A DNA stretch of 63,423 bases, the filler included, from Folioceros fuciformis (lineage: Eukaryota): NCBI GenBank assembly GCA_049999805.1. It is 3 parts of 2 records of this genome, joined end to end, with 100 filler letters (N's around TTAATTAATTAA, not from the genome) between each part and the next. Parts side by side here need not be neighbours in the genome. Positions count along the whole stretch, not along the records: positions 43,215 to 63,423 come from JBNGIO010006135.1; 2 more parts are not named here. The stretch is one strand, 5' to 3'. The notes under the pieces are model-generated. The model saw only the letters and a list, made by a program, of their open reading frames with translations, did not search any database and was not told the origin of the DNA. Both the position numbers and the translations under genes were made by a program. Position 1 is the first letter of the stretch, and the number at the start of each line of letters is the position of its first letter. Positions 48,750-59,429 of the stretch are shown piece after piece.

Positions 48750-49814
48750 AAAACATAAAAGGCTATGCCTAGTAATCCCAGCTGCCACGAGAGCTGGAAT
48801 TGTTGCTTTCCACCTGAATCGAATCAGGGGTCTTGGGGGAGTTGTCCTCATCACTGTCTGAACCACTGAATCTTGTCTCTGGCTCACTGCTGTTGGTGAA
48901 GCTTTCGCCAGACTGTGAGCTGTGGCTTTTAGAAAATGCAAAGCGAACTTCCTCACGAATTCGCTGTTCAGACCCTGCATATGGTGACAGCAACAGTATT
49001 GTTACGAGCAGTGGGAGCAAGGCATAAACATGACTGCTAAACGGCAATCTACACATACGTAAATCACATGAAGGACGTTATACTTACAGTAAAAGCTGAC
49101 TATGTGCCCTGGAAATTCTTTGCAGGGCTTCACCTTGACCCGCTTCATAAGGATGCGGCTGAAACGGCATCTGTATCATAGCGAGGTGCCAGGATTGCGC
49201 ATGCTTCCCAAACCCACTATCTTAGTTTCCTCCAGATAGTTGATCACTTTCGGAAACAGCAGGGGATTTGGAAGCTGGCCTTCAGTCTTAGCATATTCGT
49301 ATTCAGGCTCTGAACGGGCACCTCTGGCAGACCTGGAACTTGAAGCAGCATGCCGAGACGGCTCTGGCATCACAGTCGTAACAGCTATCTCGCAGCCTCT
49401 CGCAGATCCTCTTCCTCGGCCGCTGCCCCGGGGACGACCTCTCGGACGTTTAGCTGGTTGCTCTTCAGATTCGCTTGTGTTCCTGACAGGTGTCCGAGCC
49501 GCTTTGGGTGCGAATTGCCCCTTGCTGTTACGCACATAGGTGCGCTGCTTGTGGGGCGCTGCATCTTCAGAGGAAGACGGCATCTTGAGCAGGAAAATCT
49601 CGAGCCTGAGCTGAACGATAAGCGAAAGGGTGAAAACGAGGTTTAAAAGGGAGGCGCACCTCAGTACGAGGGACTGCATGCTGGCTGCCTCCATAGCACC
49701 TCCAAGCGTGAGATAGATCGTAATGGATTGCAGCGTACGCAGAAGTGAAGGCACCGAAGCTGAAGTGACAGTCACAAGGGGCACGAACTGAAGTTCTAGA
49801 AGACTGTTAACCAC
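48708..49814 (-). CDS. Antisense accessory ORF of Copia D: open 49176-49814, continuing in frame past two stops to 48708
   Basis: It has an AT-hook-like KRPRGRPRGS and YVRNSKGQFAPK. Past the TGA at 49176-49178 the same frame reads ...YVCVDCRLAVMFMPCSHCS*QYCCCHH... Confidence 0.55.
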
Positions 49815-49838
49815 TCAACTTGCTTCAACAAGTGGGAG

Positions 49839-50066
49839 TGACGAAATAAGGGTTGTTAGTGTGTTATCAGCATGTTAAGTAGTTAAGTACATTAAGTTAA
49901 GTTATATCAGCTTACCCTTTCATTAGGCTTACGTCCTTTAGATGAACAGTCATACCTTTTCAGGTTTTTAGTTTTAGTTTGCTTTTCTGCATAAGCACTT
50001 ACCTTTCTTTAATGTATGTAAGATGCAATTATATTAATTGATCTGCGTTATCTCAATACCGCGTCA
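49839..50066 (+). repeat. 3' LTR of Copia D (228 bp)
   Basis: It has perfect inverted termini TGACG...CGTCA and follows the PPT directly. Confidence 0.92.
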
Positions 50067-50149
50067 TTAAGGACAATTTTGAGAGGTACTGATGATTGCT
50101 GATGATTGTTGGTAGGGGCAACTAGCCTTGTCCAAGGGGTAGCAAGAAA

Positions 50150-50285
50150 TTAGGGTTAGGATTAGGTTAGAGTTAGGCTTGGCTTAGGTTGCTCTTAGGA
50201 TTAGGTCGAACTAAGATTAGGTCAGAGTTAGGGTTAGGTTAGGTCAGAATTAGGTTTAGGTCAGAGTTAGGGCGGCTTAGGTTAG
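50150..50285. repeat. Degenerate TTAGG/TTAGGG-rich repeat tract
   Basis: ttagggttaggattaggttagagttaggc...ttagggttaggttaggtcagaattaggtttagg. Confidence 0.7.
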
Positions 50286-50809
50286 AGAGAGATTGCTAGG
50301 CGGTTGACTGAGGCTAACCCTAGTAGACAGAGATGGGGGTTTGGGCCAAGGGTAGTATAAGAGGCTAGACCTGCCATTGAGGAGGGGTAGTCTTATGGTG
50401 TGATTCCCCTTGACCTTGTGTGCAGGCTACCGGATTAGAGTGGCTGATCCGGTTTGAGACTAACCAAGGGCTTGATCCCCTTTGCCATTAGGGGGACGTA
50501 GTGGATCCCTAGACTACTGAGATTCGTGTGGCCGGATCCGCAATGGCTGACCTCCTTGCATGCTAACTGAGGTAAGGTTGCAGGGCCGTGAGCCAAGAAG
50601 GCTATCCAACCCTCTGCCTTGAAGGCTGCAAGGGGGAAGGCTGTTGTGTTCCAAATTCCAGGAGAGAAGGGTTGAGTTGCATATTTTGGGAGTGGAAGTG
50701 TTGAGGTGAGGAGTGGAGCTGAAGTGAGGTGCTAGAGTGTGAAGTGAAGTGCTAGAGTGAAGGACTGAAATGCTGGAGTGAAGTGCTAAAGTGGTGGAGT
50801 GGGGTGCTG

Positions 50810-51130
50810 AAGCTGGAGTGAGGAGCTTGCTGAGTTTGAGGGCTCCGTTCAGCTATTGAGGTAGTTAACACTAGGTGCTGAGAGTTGGAGGCCGGCGGGT
50901 GCTGGAGTCTCCTTTCAGCTGCAGAGGTGGCCGGAGCTCGGGTTGAGAGTGGAGGCCGAGGTTGGAGCCGAAGCTTCCTCTCAACAGGTGAGAGGGCCGA
51001 CTTGGAGCTGAGAGTTGGAGGCCGGACCTGGGGCTGGAGTCTCCTTTCAGCCACTAAGGTGATTGGTACTTAGAGCTGGAAGCGGGAGCTGAAGACGATG
51101 CTGGAGTTCTCATTCAGTTGAGGCTGGGGT
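50810..51130. repeat. Degenerate tandem repeat of ~60-63 bp
   Basis: GCTGAGAGTTGGAGGCCGG...GCTGGAGTCTCCTTTCAGC recurs at ~50878 and ~51007, with diverged units between and beside them. Confidence 0.65.
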
Positions 51131-52004
51131 TAACATTGTGGTAGAAGTTGAAGACAGGGCTGGGGATTCTGACCTATTGCTGTAGCACTAGGTATTGGCT
51201 GATAGATAGGATGAGATTAGGGAATTGTAGGAAACCTTGACACTAGTTCACTCCCTTGGGAGCGAATCATAAGACTGCAACGATAATAAGGGGAAATGTG
51301 GCCCCTTGGTGGTTCTTGGGTGTAAGAATCACTTCACAACGTGCAGGCATAGGAGGTCCCTCCTCCCTTATTCCCCTAGTTACTCGTCGTGTCCAAAATT
51401 TGAGTGTGTGCAAGAGTACCTTCCAATTGAGATCCCCGTGCTGCCAAGGAGGGTAGCGTGCGTGGGAAGCTCCTAGGAGGGGTCGAGAACGCTACTCTGC
51501 AGCTGGTGGTGAGGGGGACGAAGCTACAGAACCTGCGGCAAAGGGAGGTCTGTAGAGGAAAAAAATATTCAAAGTCCCCTTTTTGAGTGACGGAAGGTCT
51601 GGACTTTGTTTTTTTTTTGTGAAAGTATGAGGAAAACGGCTTAGTTTGAGAATAATACTTGGGTATTTATACCCAAAGTCTCCTTGGACCATGGTGTTTT
51701 GGGCGGACTGGGCAGTCGGACCAAGTGTCTGGAAGAGCAGGGTCGTCCTTGGCCTTTGGTGGAGAGGGGGGTACCAAGAGGTCTATATATGCACCCCCTT
51801 CCCTCTCAAAATAAAGAAATAAGAAAGGGTCCTCAGAGTAGGTAGTTGTGGACCTAGGCTAGAAAATAGGAATGTGTGACTCAGCGACGGTGGTGGAAGC
51901 TAAACCACCATCGCGGAAAGCCAAACGGTGGTAGAGCAACCGGCGGTAGCGGAACCCTAAGAGAAAAGTCAAGTTAATTTTCAAACAGGAGCGCAACCGG
52001 GGGA

Positions 52005-54353
52005 GTGGAGGGCGACCGAAGTGGACGAACGACGGGCAAGAGCGTAACTGCGGCTAGCACAGGCAAGAGCGACGACGATCGATCAGGAGAGCACGGAGCA
52101 GCGGCGACCGAACCCGCGACAGGCAGACATAAGGCCCAGGGAGAGATGGCGCGTGTGAGAGGAGCATCGCGGCTGATATCGGGAGATGGCACACAGGAGC
52201 AACCTCCTGCACCAAGGGTCGAAACAGCCTTCTGGCCAAACATGGAGCACTTGCGGGTCAGGGCCGAAGGGCTGGTGGAGGAGTTGGGCCTCGGATTCAT
52301 GACCCAGCGCTGGAATCATGCAACTCCAGGCTTGGTGCAGGAGTGTGCTCAGCAACTGAGGAGCCCGGCCAGAGAAGAGGGGATCCGAGGGAACTCGCAG
52401 GAGTGGAACCTGAACATGGTGAGGAGGGTGTATGGATGCAGCATGGAGGAGGAAGGAGGGCTTGTCCTCGAGTCCCTGAAGAAGAGCACGACAGCAGCGG
52501 CGCTGGCGCTGTTCAAAACAGGAACCATGAGGGAAGCCAATGGATGGGTTGGCCAGGGATCTAGCGACAGCCCAGTTGATGGGACTGGCGAGGTGGCTCC
52601 TCTGCTTCCTACAGATTCGGAAGTAGGACTACCTCTTTGACTAGATGCTGTTATTCGTGCATGAGGTGGTCAGGGTAGCTGGGTGGATTGGGGCAGGATC
52701 CTGTATGACAGGATGAGGGAAGAGAGGCAGAACCTGGCCTCGTACTCACCTTGACCATCTCTGATTTCTCCATTTCTTGCTCATTTCTATTGCCATGCTA
52801 ACCTTCTGACTGAGGTGGAAGTAATCGCCTCATTGCACATGTGGAAGCCCCTTAGGGAGATAAAATGGAAGCCTGTGGAGCCAAAGGAGGTGGACTCCAG
52901 TAGCTGGGAGGCTGAGGGGACAAAGAGCTCAGAGGAGGAGACCCCATCCAGCACGAAAAGGAAGGTAGGGACAGGACTGAGGACCCTTGCCAAGCGGAGG
53001 AGAAATGTCAGCCAGGTCACTAGGAGAACGGGGGAAGCTGTGCAGCAAGAGGCTGTCTAGGAGCAGGCCAAAAGGGAGCAGGAGGTGCCCCACGAAAAGT
53101 GGCCAGAGGAGGATACGACTGCGGCAGACGTGGAGGCCGAGTTAGGGCCGGCTCAGGTACAAGAACCCTTCCCAGGGTGGGAGGGGATTTTTAGGAGTGG
53201 CCCTTTGACAGCCAGGCTGCAAGTGGAGAACCTGGCGAGGGTTCGGGAGATGCTAGGACAGCAGGTCATCAAGAGGAGAATGCCTTCGGAACGCGAATCG
53301 CAGCAGGTGGACCTGCTAGGCTTGACCGCGGAGATGGTTCAGGCCCAGGCAAAAGTGTTGGACCAAGCTGCCAGGGCTTTGACCTGGTTAAGTATGCAAG
53401 GTGAGAAGGAAGCCGAGAGCCGGGAAAGGTTAGCCGAGTCAGAGGCAAGTTGACAGCTCTTGGAAGAGACCCGACAGACCTTGAGTGCGGCCAAGGAGCA
53501 GGCAGAGGAGGAAACCTGCCAAGCAAGGAGGCAGGTACAGGCGCTGAAGGAGCAGCAAGAGACGCTCCTAGCTCAGGTGAGAGAGGCCCATGGGACTAAC
53601 CTAGAGATGCAGCAGGAGGTCTTAAGGGCCCATGAGCAGGAAGCATCTACGGTGGAGCGAATGCACAAGCTGGCGGAGAGATATAAGCGGGAGCGGGACG
53701 AGGCCCAAGACAGAGTGAAGGGGAAGGCCTAGGCCCAGCGGAGTAGTCGAGTTGCAACGCCGGTAGGTGAAGAAGCTACCGGTCGTGGAGCGGCAATGCC
53801 GGTAGCTGAGACCCCAACCCCGGTACCTGAAGAGGCACTCGCTAAGGAACCTACCGTTCGAAGGTCTTGAAGAGCAACTCCCACCAAGAGGGCGGGGCAA
53901 GGAGGAACTACAGCTGGAGGGATGGAAGATCCTCCAGCGCCTCCAAGTGACAGAGGGCAGACAGCCCGGAGTAGCCCACGGGAGGAGGGGGTAAGCACTT
54001 CCTTTGCAACAGAGGGTCGGATTGTGTTGCACTACCCAAAGGAGGACACTTATGTGCCCGGCCTCTATGTGGATGGAGCCCGTGTGCTGAAGTTAACTGT
54101 ACATGTGCGTGTGGGCATAGGAGGGACAAGAGGCTACTGCCTGCAGCTAAGGACCTGCAGGGGGTCCTTCTTCCACTGCTGTCGGGTGTGGGGGCTGCCT
54201 CGCTACTATGCCAAAGCAATCCTGGAAGAGCTGACAGAGGAGGAGGCGCAAGCATGGGTCGATCGGGAGCCAGTGCTTGTCCTCAGCAACCAGCCATGGG
54301 AGGCGAGGAGGAGTCCTCCGCAGCGGGACCCACCTACGCCGCCGCTGCCATAG
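52005..54353 (+). pseudogene. Degenerate extra ORF of Gypsy element E (helical domain, coiled coil, conserved C-terminal domain)
   Basis: Consecutive same-strand ORF pieces (52005-52640, 52815-53060, 53085-53453, 53460-53732, 53922-54353) are separated by single stops or frameshifts. Motifs include VDWGRILYDRM and SPFLAHFY. Confidence 0.7.
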
Positions 54354-54564
54354 GTAAGGAGTGACAGTGAGGTGGAGATCCTCAGGGAGGATCTGTCCGA
54401 CCAACCGTAGGGAAGGAGAGCCTAAGGTGGGCGGCTAGGAGGAAGAGCAAGAAGGCCGGAAGGAAGGCGGGCGCGGAGATGAAAATAGACGATAGTAATT
54501 GCATCCTAGATTCGAATCTTAGAAAATCTCTAGGAAATGCAACCCTGAGAAGTATGAGGGGCGA

Positions 54565-54980
54565 TTGGATTGCACTTGGGACTGTGAATAGAACCGCGGA
54601 GTGCCGCGGGATCGACGTGTGTTAGTTAGGCATCGGAGGTGGGTCCCACCTCGGTAGCGGAGTCGACTACCGGTAGTAGAAGACCCGTCGGTAGCTGAAG
54701 GGTCGGTAGTTGTAGAGCCCCCTACCCCGGTAGCTGAGCGAGTCCCGGAGGCGCAGAGTTGGGTGGCGGTAGTTAGGCCATCTGGGGGTAGTGGTAGTGG
54801 AACCTGGAGGTAGCGGGTCTAGACATAGATAAGGATTGTCCTAGGTAGTAACTGACTTTTGAAGGAAACCCATGCTACTTGACACAAATCATTCCTTTGG
54901 GATCGAATCCCTGAGCTATAACGACAAAGAGGGCTTGTGTGGACCTCGCAGCACCCCCGGGTGCAATATTTTCCCCCACA
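54565..54980 (+). repeat. Gypsy LTR copy (3' LTR of E); start approximate
   Basis: It aligns by eye with 61100-61493 (e.g. CACAAATCATTCC.TTGGGAT.GAATCCC, TTGTGTGGACCTCGCAG) and ends in CA. Confidence 0.75.
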
Positions 54981-56150
54981 AGGTCTCTCCTCCCTTATTC
55001 CCCAAACTAATTGCCGCATTTCGAAATTCTGATTGAGGAAGCACGTAAGCGAGGATGAAAGAGTGAGATGAGTGAGTTGGATGAGTTGTGTGAGTGAGTT
55101 GAAAAGAGAAGAGAAGGAGAGTAGAGTTGAATGACCTCCTTGGTCTGAGGGGGCAAAATATCAAGAATGTTAGGTAGGTGCAAGGAGCAGGAGAAAATCG
55201 GTTTAGAGGATCTAGTTGAAATAACTTGAGTGGTCACAATCAATCAGGTGGAGAAGTCTCACAAACTGTTAGAGCTACACACAACAGACTGAAATGCTGA
55301 AATCGATAAGTTGAAGGTGGCTAGCATCTAGAACAGGAGAGTCAAGATCAAGGAGGTTAAGACAATGGAGAAAACGTAAGGAATAAGTGAAGCAGAGGCT
55401 TATAAGGAATTTCAGTTGGATGCAGTTGTTTGCGAGGTGGACATTGAAGATGTATTGAAGGTAGAATCTGTACAAAGAAAGTACAACACAAGGTTTGGAG
55501 ATCAGAATAAGGATTATGGAAGGACGTTGGCGGTAGGATGGAAGTATCTAAAATCATTTGAGGTTTTTAGATGTGGATGTAAAAGATTTTAGTAAGAAGG
55601 TGCGTGATAGAGAAAGGAAGGTGATAGATCAACAGGGGAGTATAAAGACACAGATGTTGCAGAGTGATTTGATTTGCTATATTCGAAGCATGTTGGAGAT
55701 GGGTGTCAAGGTGGGAGTGAGCGAAACAAAAATTCGAGATCTTTTGTAGATATCAGATTAGTCTAACGAGAGTAGTAAGTTGGACAAGCGATTTCATTCT
55801 ATTTAAACAGTGATTATCAAGATAATGAAGAAAGGTTGACAGTTAGACCTGGAATTGCATTTTTGGATACCAATGGATGAGGCTGAGGCAAGTCAGCAGT
55901 AGCAGGAGGAGATTCGGCAGACCTTGAGTGCAGCAAAGGAGCAAGTAGAAGAAGAAGCCTGCCGAGCTCGAGAGGAAATGCAGATGTTGAAGGACCAGCA
56001 GGAATTGCTCCTGGCTCAAGTAAGAGAAGCCCATGGGACCAACCAAGAAATGCAGCAGGAGTTGCTAGGGGCCTAGGAATAGGAGGCGGCTGCAGTGGAG
56101 AAGGTGCAAAAGCTAGCAAACAGGTACAAGCGGGCACGGGAAGAAGCCCG

Positions 56151-59100
56151 TGAAGAATCGCTACAGGAGCTACATGGTGAAGGAGGAGAGGCAAGGAGGA
56201 GGAGAAAGGAGAGGTCACACTCTCACACAGAGTCTCAATATGCAAGGGAGATCAAGGGGGTATTTATACCCTCTAGAAGAGCTCCCTAGAAAGCTTCACA
56301 AGAAGCACACAGGAAGTTGCGCAAGAAGCTTCCTACAGATTAACTTAAGCTAATCTAAACTAATGATACTTAATTAGATACTAATCTTAGACTAAACACA
56401 CTAGTCTAAGCACATTGGGCTTTAATAACCCTACAACCTCCCACTTAAAGGCTAATTTACCTTCATAGGAGAGTGGTCTACCTCATGCCCATGAGTGTCC
56501 GAGCTTGTGCGAATTGCTCCGTAGAGAGCCCCTTGGTAAGAACATCTGCAAGATTTTGACTGGTGTGAACTTTGGCAAGCTGTACCCTCTTGTCTTCCAA
56601 CACCTCCCAAATGAAGTGATACTTCACTTCCACATATTTGGTCTTTGCATGAAATACTGGATTCTTCGCCAATTGGATAGCACTCTGGGTATCACAATGC
56701 AACACTAGTAGCTCAACCTTGATCCCCAAATCTCCCACTAAATGAGCAAGCCACATGGCTTTCTTGCAAGCCTCAATCGCTGCAATATACTCAACCTCTG
56801 TGGTAGATAACGTTATGTACGATTGCAAACGAGATCGCCATGAGACTGCCCCTCCAGTGCACATGAAGACATAACTTGATGTGGACCTCCTTTTGTCCAT
56901 ATCCCCTGCATAATCAGCATCCATATATCCCATGACAGATGCATCGTCACTACCAAAACATAAGCACAAAGCTTTCGTACCATTCAAGTACCTCATAACT
57001 CCTTTCATTGCCTCCCAATGCTTCCTGCCAGGGTTTGACATAAACCTGCTAACCACTCCCACTGCAAAGGCAACGTTAGGACGTGTAGCAACCATTGCAT
57101 ACATCAAACTCCCTACAGCTGATGAGTATGGAACCTTCTCCATTTCAGCTTTGTCCTCCGTAGAACTGGGGCAATCCTTGCTCGACAGTTTCACATATGG
57201 AGGCAACGGAGTACTCAATACCTTCCCCTTCTCCATATTGAAACGTTGAAGCACCTTGTTAATGTATTCAATCTGAGACAAGTCCAGCAAATGCTTCTCT
57301 CTGTCTCGACGAATATGCATGCCAAGAATATGGCTTGCCTCTCCCAAGTCTATCATGTCAAAGCGAGCATTCAACTTTGACTTCAACGCCGAAATCTCAT
57401 CACTATTAATCCCAACAATTAGCATATTATCCACATAGAGGACCAGAATGAGCAAGCTTCCATCCTTAGCTTGCTTCGTATAGAGGCAATGATCCTTCTC
57501 GCTACATTTGTAGCCTTGAGAAAGCATAAACGAGTGGAACTTGTAATACCACTCCCTGGGTGCCTGCTTCAAACCATAAAGGCTCTTCTTTAACCTGCAC
57601 ACCAAATTCTCTTTGCCCTTCTCAATGAAACCCTCTGCTTGCTGCATGTATACCTCTTCCTGGAGATCACCATGTAGAAATGCCGACTTCACATCCATAT
57701 GGACAAGTTCCATGTCGTTCCTCGCAACTAGAACAAGAACACATTGTAAGGTGGTCATTTTGACAACTAGTGAGAAAATCTCATCAAAGTCAATACCTTG
57801 CTATTGCTTTAAACCCTTAGCAACCAATTGTGCCTTGTACTTGGGTTTGCCATAATGGGGTATGTCCTTCACCTTATACACTCATTTGCATGGCAACGCC
57901 TTCTTGCCCTTAGGCAACCGAACTAACTCCCAAGTTTGGTTCTTATGGAGCGAATCCATTTGTGTCTACATCGCCTTCTCCCACTTTTCCTTGTTAGTCA
58001 CTGACATGGCCTCTTGATAACAAGAGGGCTCCTCACAATCCGTCAGCATGACATAATCAAGAGATGCAACATACCTGTTAGGAGGACGTGAAGTCCTTCC
58101 TGACCTACGAAGCACTGGCGCCTCGAACGGAGCTGGTTGCACTCTCTCCTCTTCTACAAGTGGAGGCAGTTGTTCCTGGACATCACGATGTTCAACCTGC
58201 GCGGGACGGTCAAATCCATCTTCTTAGAAGACCACTCATCGCACCTCCATAGTTGGAGTAGGCTTCTTGTGCATCTTGGTCTCATTGAAGAACACGTCAT
58301 TGCTGCGAACAACCCTCTTGGCCTCTGGATCCCACAGACGGTATCCCATCTCACCAGATTCACCATAACAAGAAAAATACATTTTCTTGACTTGGGAGCC
58401 AACTTGTTCCAAAACTCCTTCGGAACATGGTAGTATGCCTCGCAGCCAAACACTCGCAGATGCTTGTATGACGGCTTCTTTCCAGACCACATCTCCTCTG
58501 GAACTTGCTCATCCACAGCCCTATTAGGAGATTTGTTAATAAGATGCACCGCAGTAACCACTTCTTCTGCCCAAAATCCGTTAGGCAATCCAGAGTTTGA
58601 CAACAAACTACGCATCCTCTCCTGGATGGTCCTGTTCATCCATTTAGCCACACCATTCTGGGGAGGAGTCTACGGGGCAGTCAACTCTCTCTTGATTCCC
58701 TTGGAATCACAAAATGACTGGAAAGCCTTCAAAACATATTCTCCCCCATTGTCTATCCTTAGACGCTTCAGTCGGAGGCTAGACTGATTCTCCACAAGGG
58801 TGACGAATTTTTGAAACACTATCAGAACATCATCCTTTTTCCTCAAAGGATAAACCCACACCTTGCGTGAGAAATCATCTATAAAAGTGACAAAATAGAT
58901 GCACCACCTAACGATACATTGGACATAGGTCCACAAACGTCACTGTGAACCAACTCAAGAGGTTTACTTTTGTGTTTACCTCTTGCTCCATGTGGTGACT
59001 TCATTTGTTTCCCATATAAACAGTGCTCACACATGGAGAAATCGGAGAAGTAAAAAATAGGGACGTAACCAAAACGAACTAAGATCTTCATTCCTTTTTG

Positions 59101-59429
59101 AGACATATGTCCTAAGCGACAATGCCACAAGGAAACACTTGGCTGTTCCGTTACACAAATCATGGTGAAGGAGGAGAGGAGGAGGCAAGGAGGAGAGGAG
59201 AAAGAGAGGTCAAACTCTCATACAGAGTCTCAATATGCAAGGGAGCTCAAGGGGGTATTTATACTCTCTAGAAGAGCTCCCTAGGAAGCTTCACAAGAAG
59301 CGCACAAGAAGCTGCGCAAGAAGCTTCCTACAAATTAGCTTAAGCTAATCTAAACCAATGATACTTAACTAGACACTAATCTTAGACTAAACACAGTAGT
59401 CTAAGCACATTGGGCTTTAATAACCTACA
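56151..59429 (-). mobile_element. Ty1/Copia element F (Tnt1/Tork-like), internally deleted (no PBS, gag or protease), with a 5-bp TSD
   Basis: The TSD GCCCG is at 56146-56150 and 59430-59434. The 3' LTR is 56151-56435 and the truncated 5' LTR is ~59161-59429. The PPT AAGTGGGAGGT is on the minus strand at 56436-56446. Integrase fragments and an RT-RH ORF are present. Confidence 0.95.
56478..57758 (-). pseudogene. RT-RNase H portion of Copia F pol
   Basis: Motifs: HMDVKSAFLHG, LKKSLYGLKQAPR, LYVDNML (catalytic DD changed to DN), VPYSSAVGSLMYAM and NLADVLTK. Confidence 0.9.

Larger units (their letters stand above)
43215..50066 (+). mobile_element. Near-complete Ty1/Copia element D with 5' extra ORF and 3' antisense ORF; most of the 5' LTR is in the gap
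   Basis: The 5' LTR end CTCAATACCGCATCA (43215-43229) matches the 3' LTR end CTCAATACCGCGTCA. The PBS TGGTATCAGAGCC is at 43230-43242. Domain order is gag-PR-INT-RT-RH. The PPT AAGTGGGAG is at 49830-49838. Confidence 0.96.
50067..54980 (+). mobile_element. 3' part of a Gypsy-type (Athila-like) element E: non-coding region, long degenerate sense extra ORF and 3' LTR
   Basis: The sequence ending ...TTCCCCCACA at 54980 is homologous to the LTR in front of the tRNA-Asp PBS at 61497. A purine-rich tract lies near 54547-54563. The left boundary is uncertain. Confidence 0.65.
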
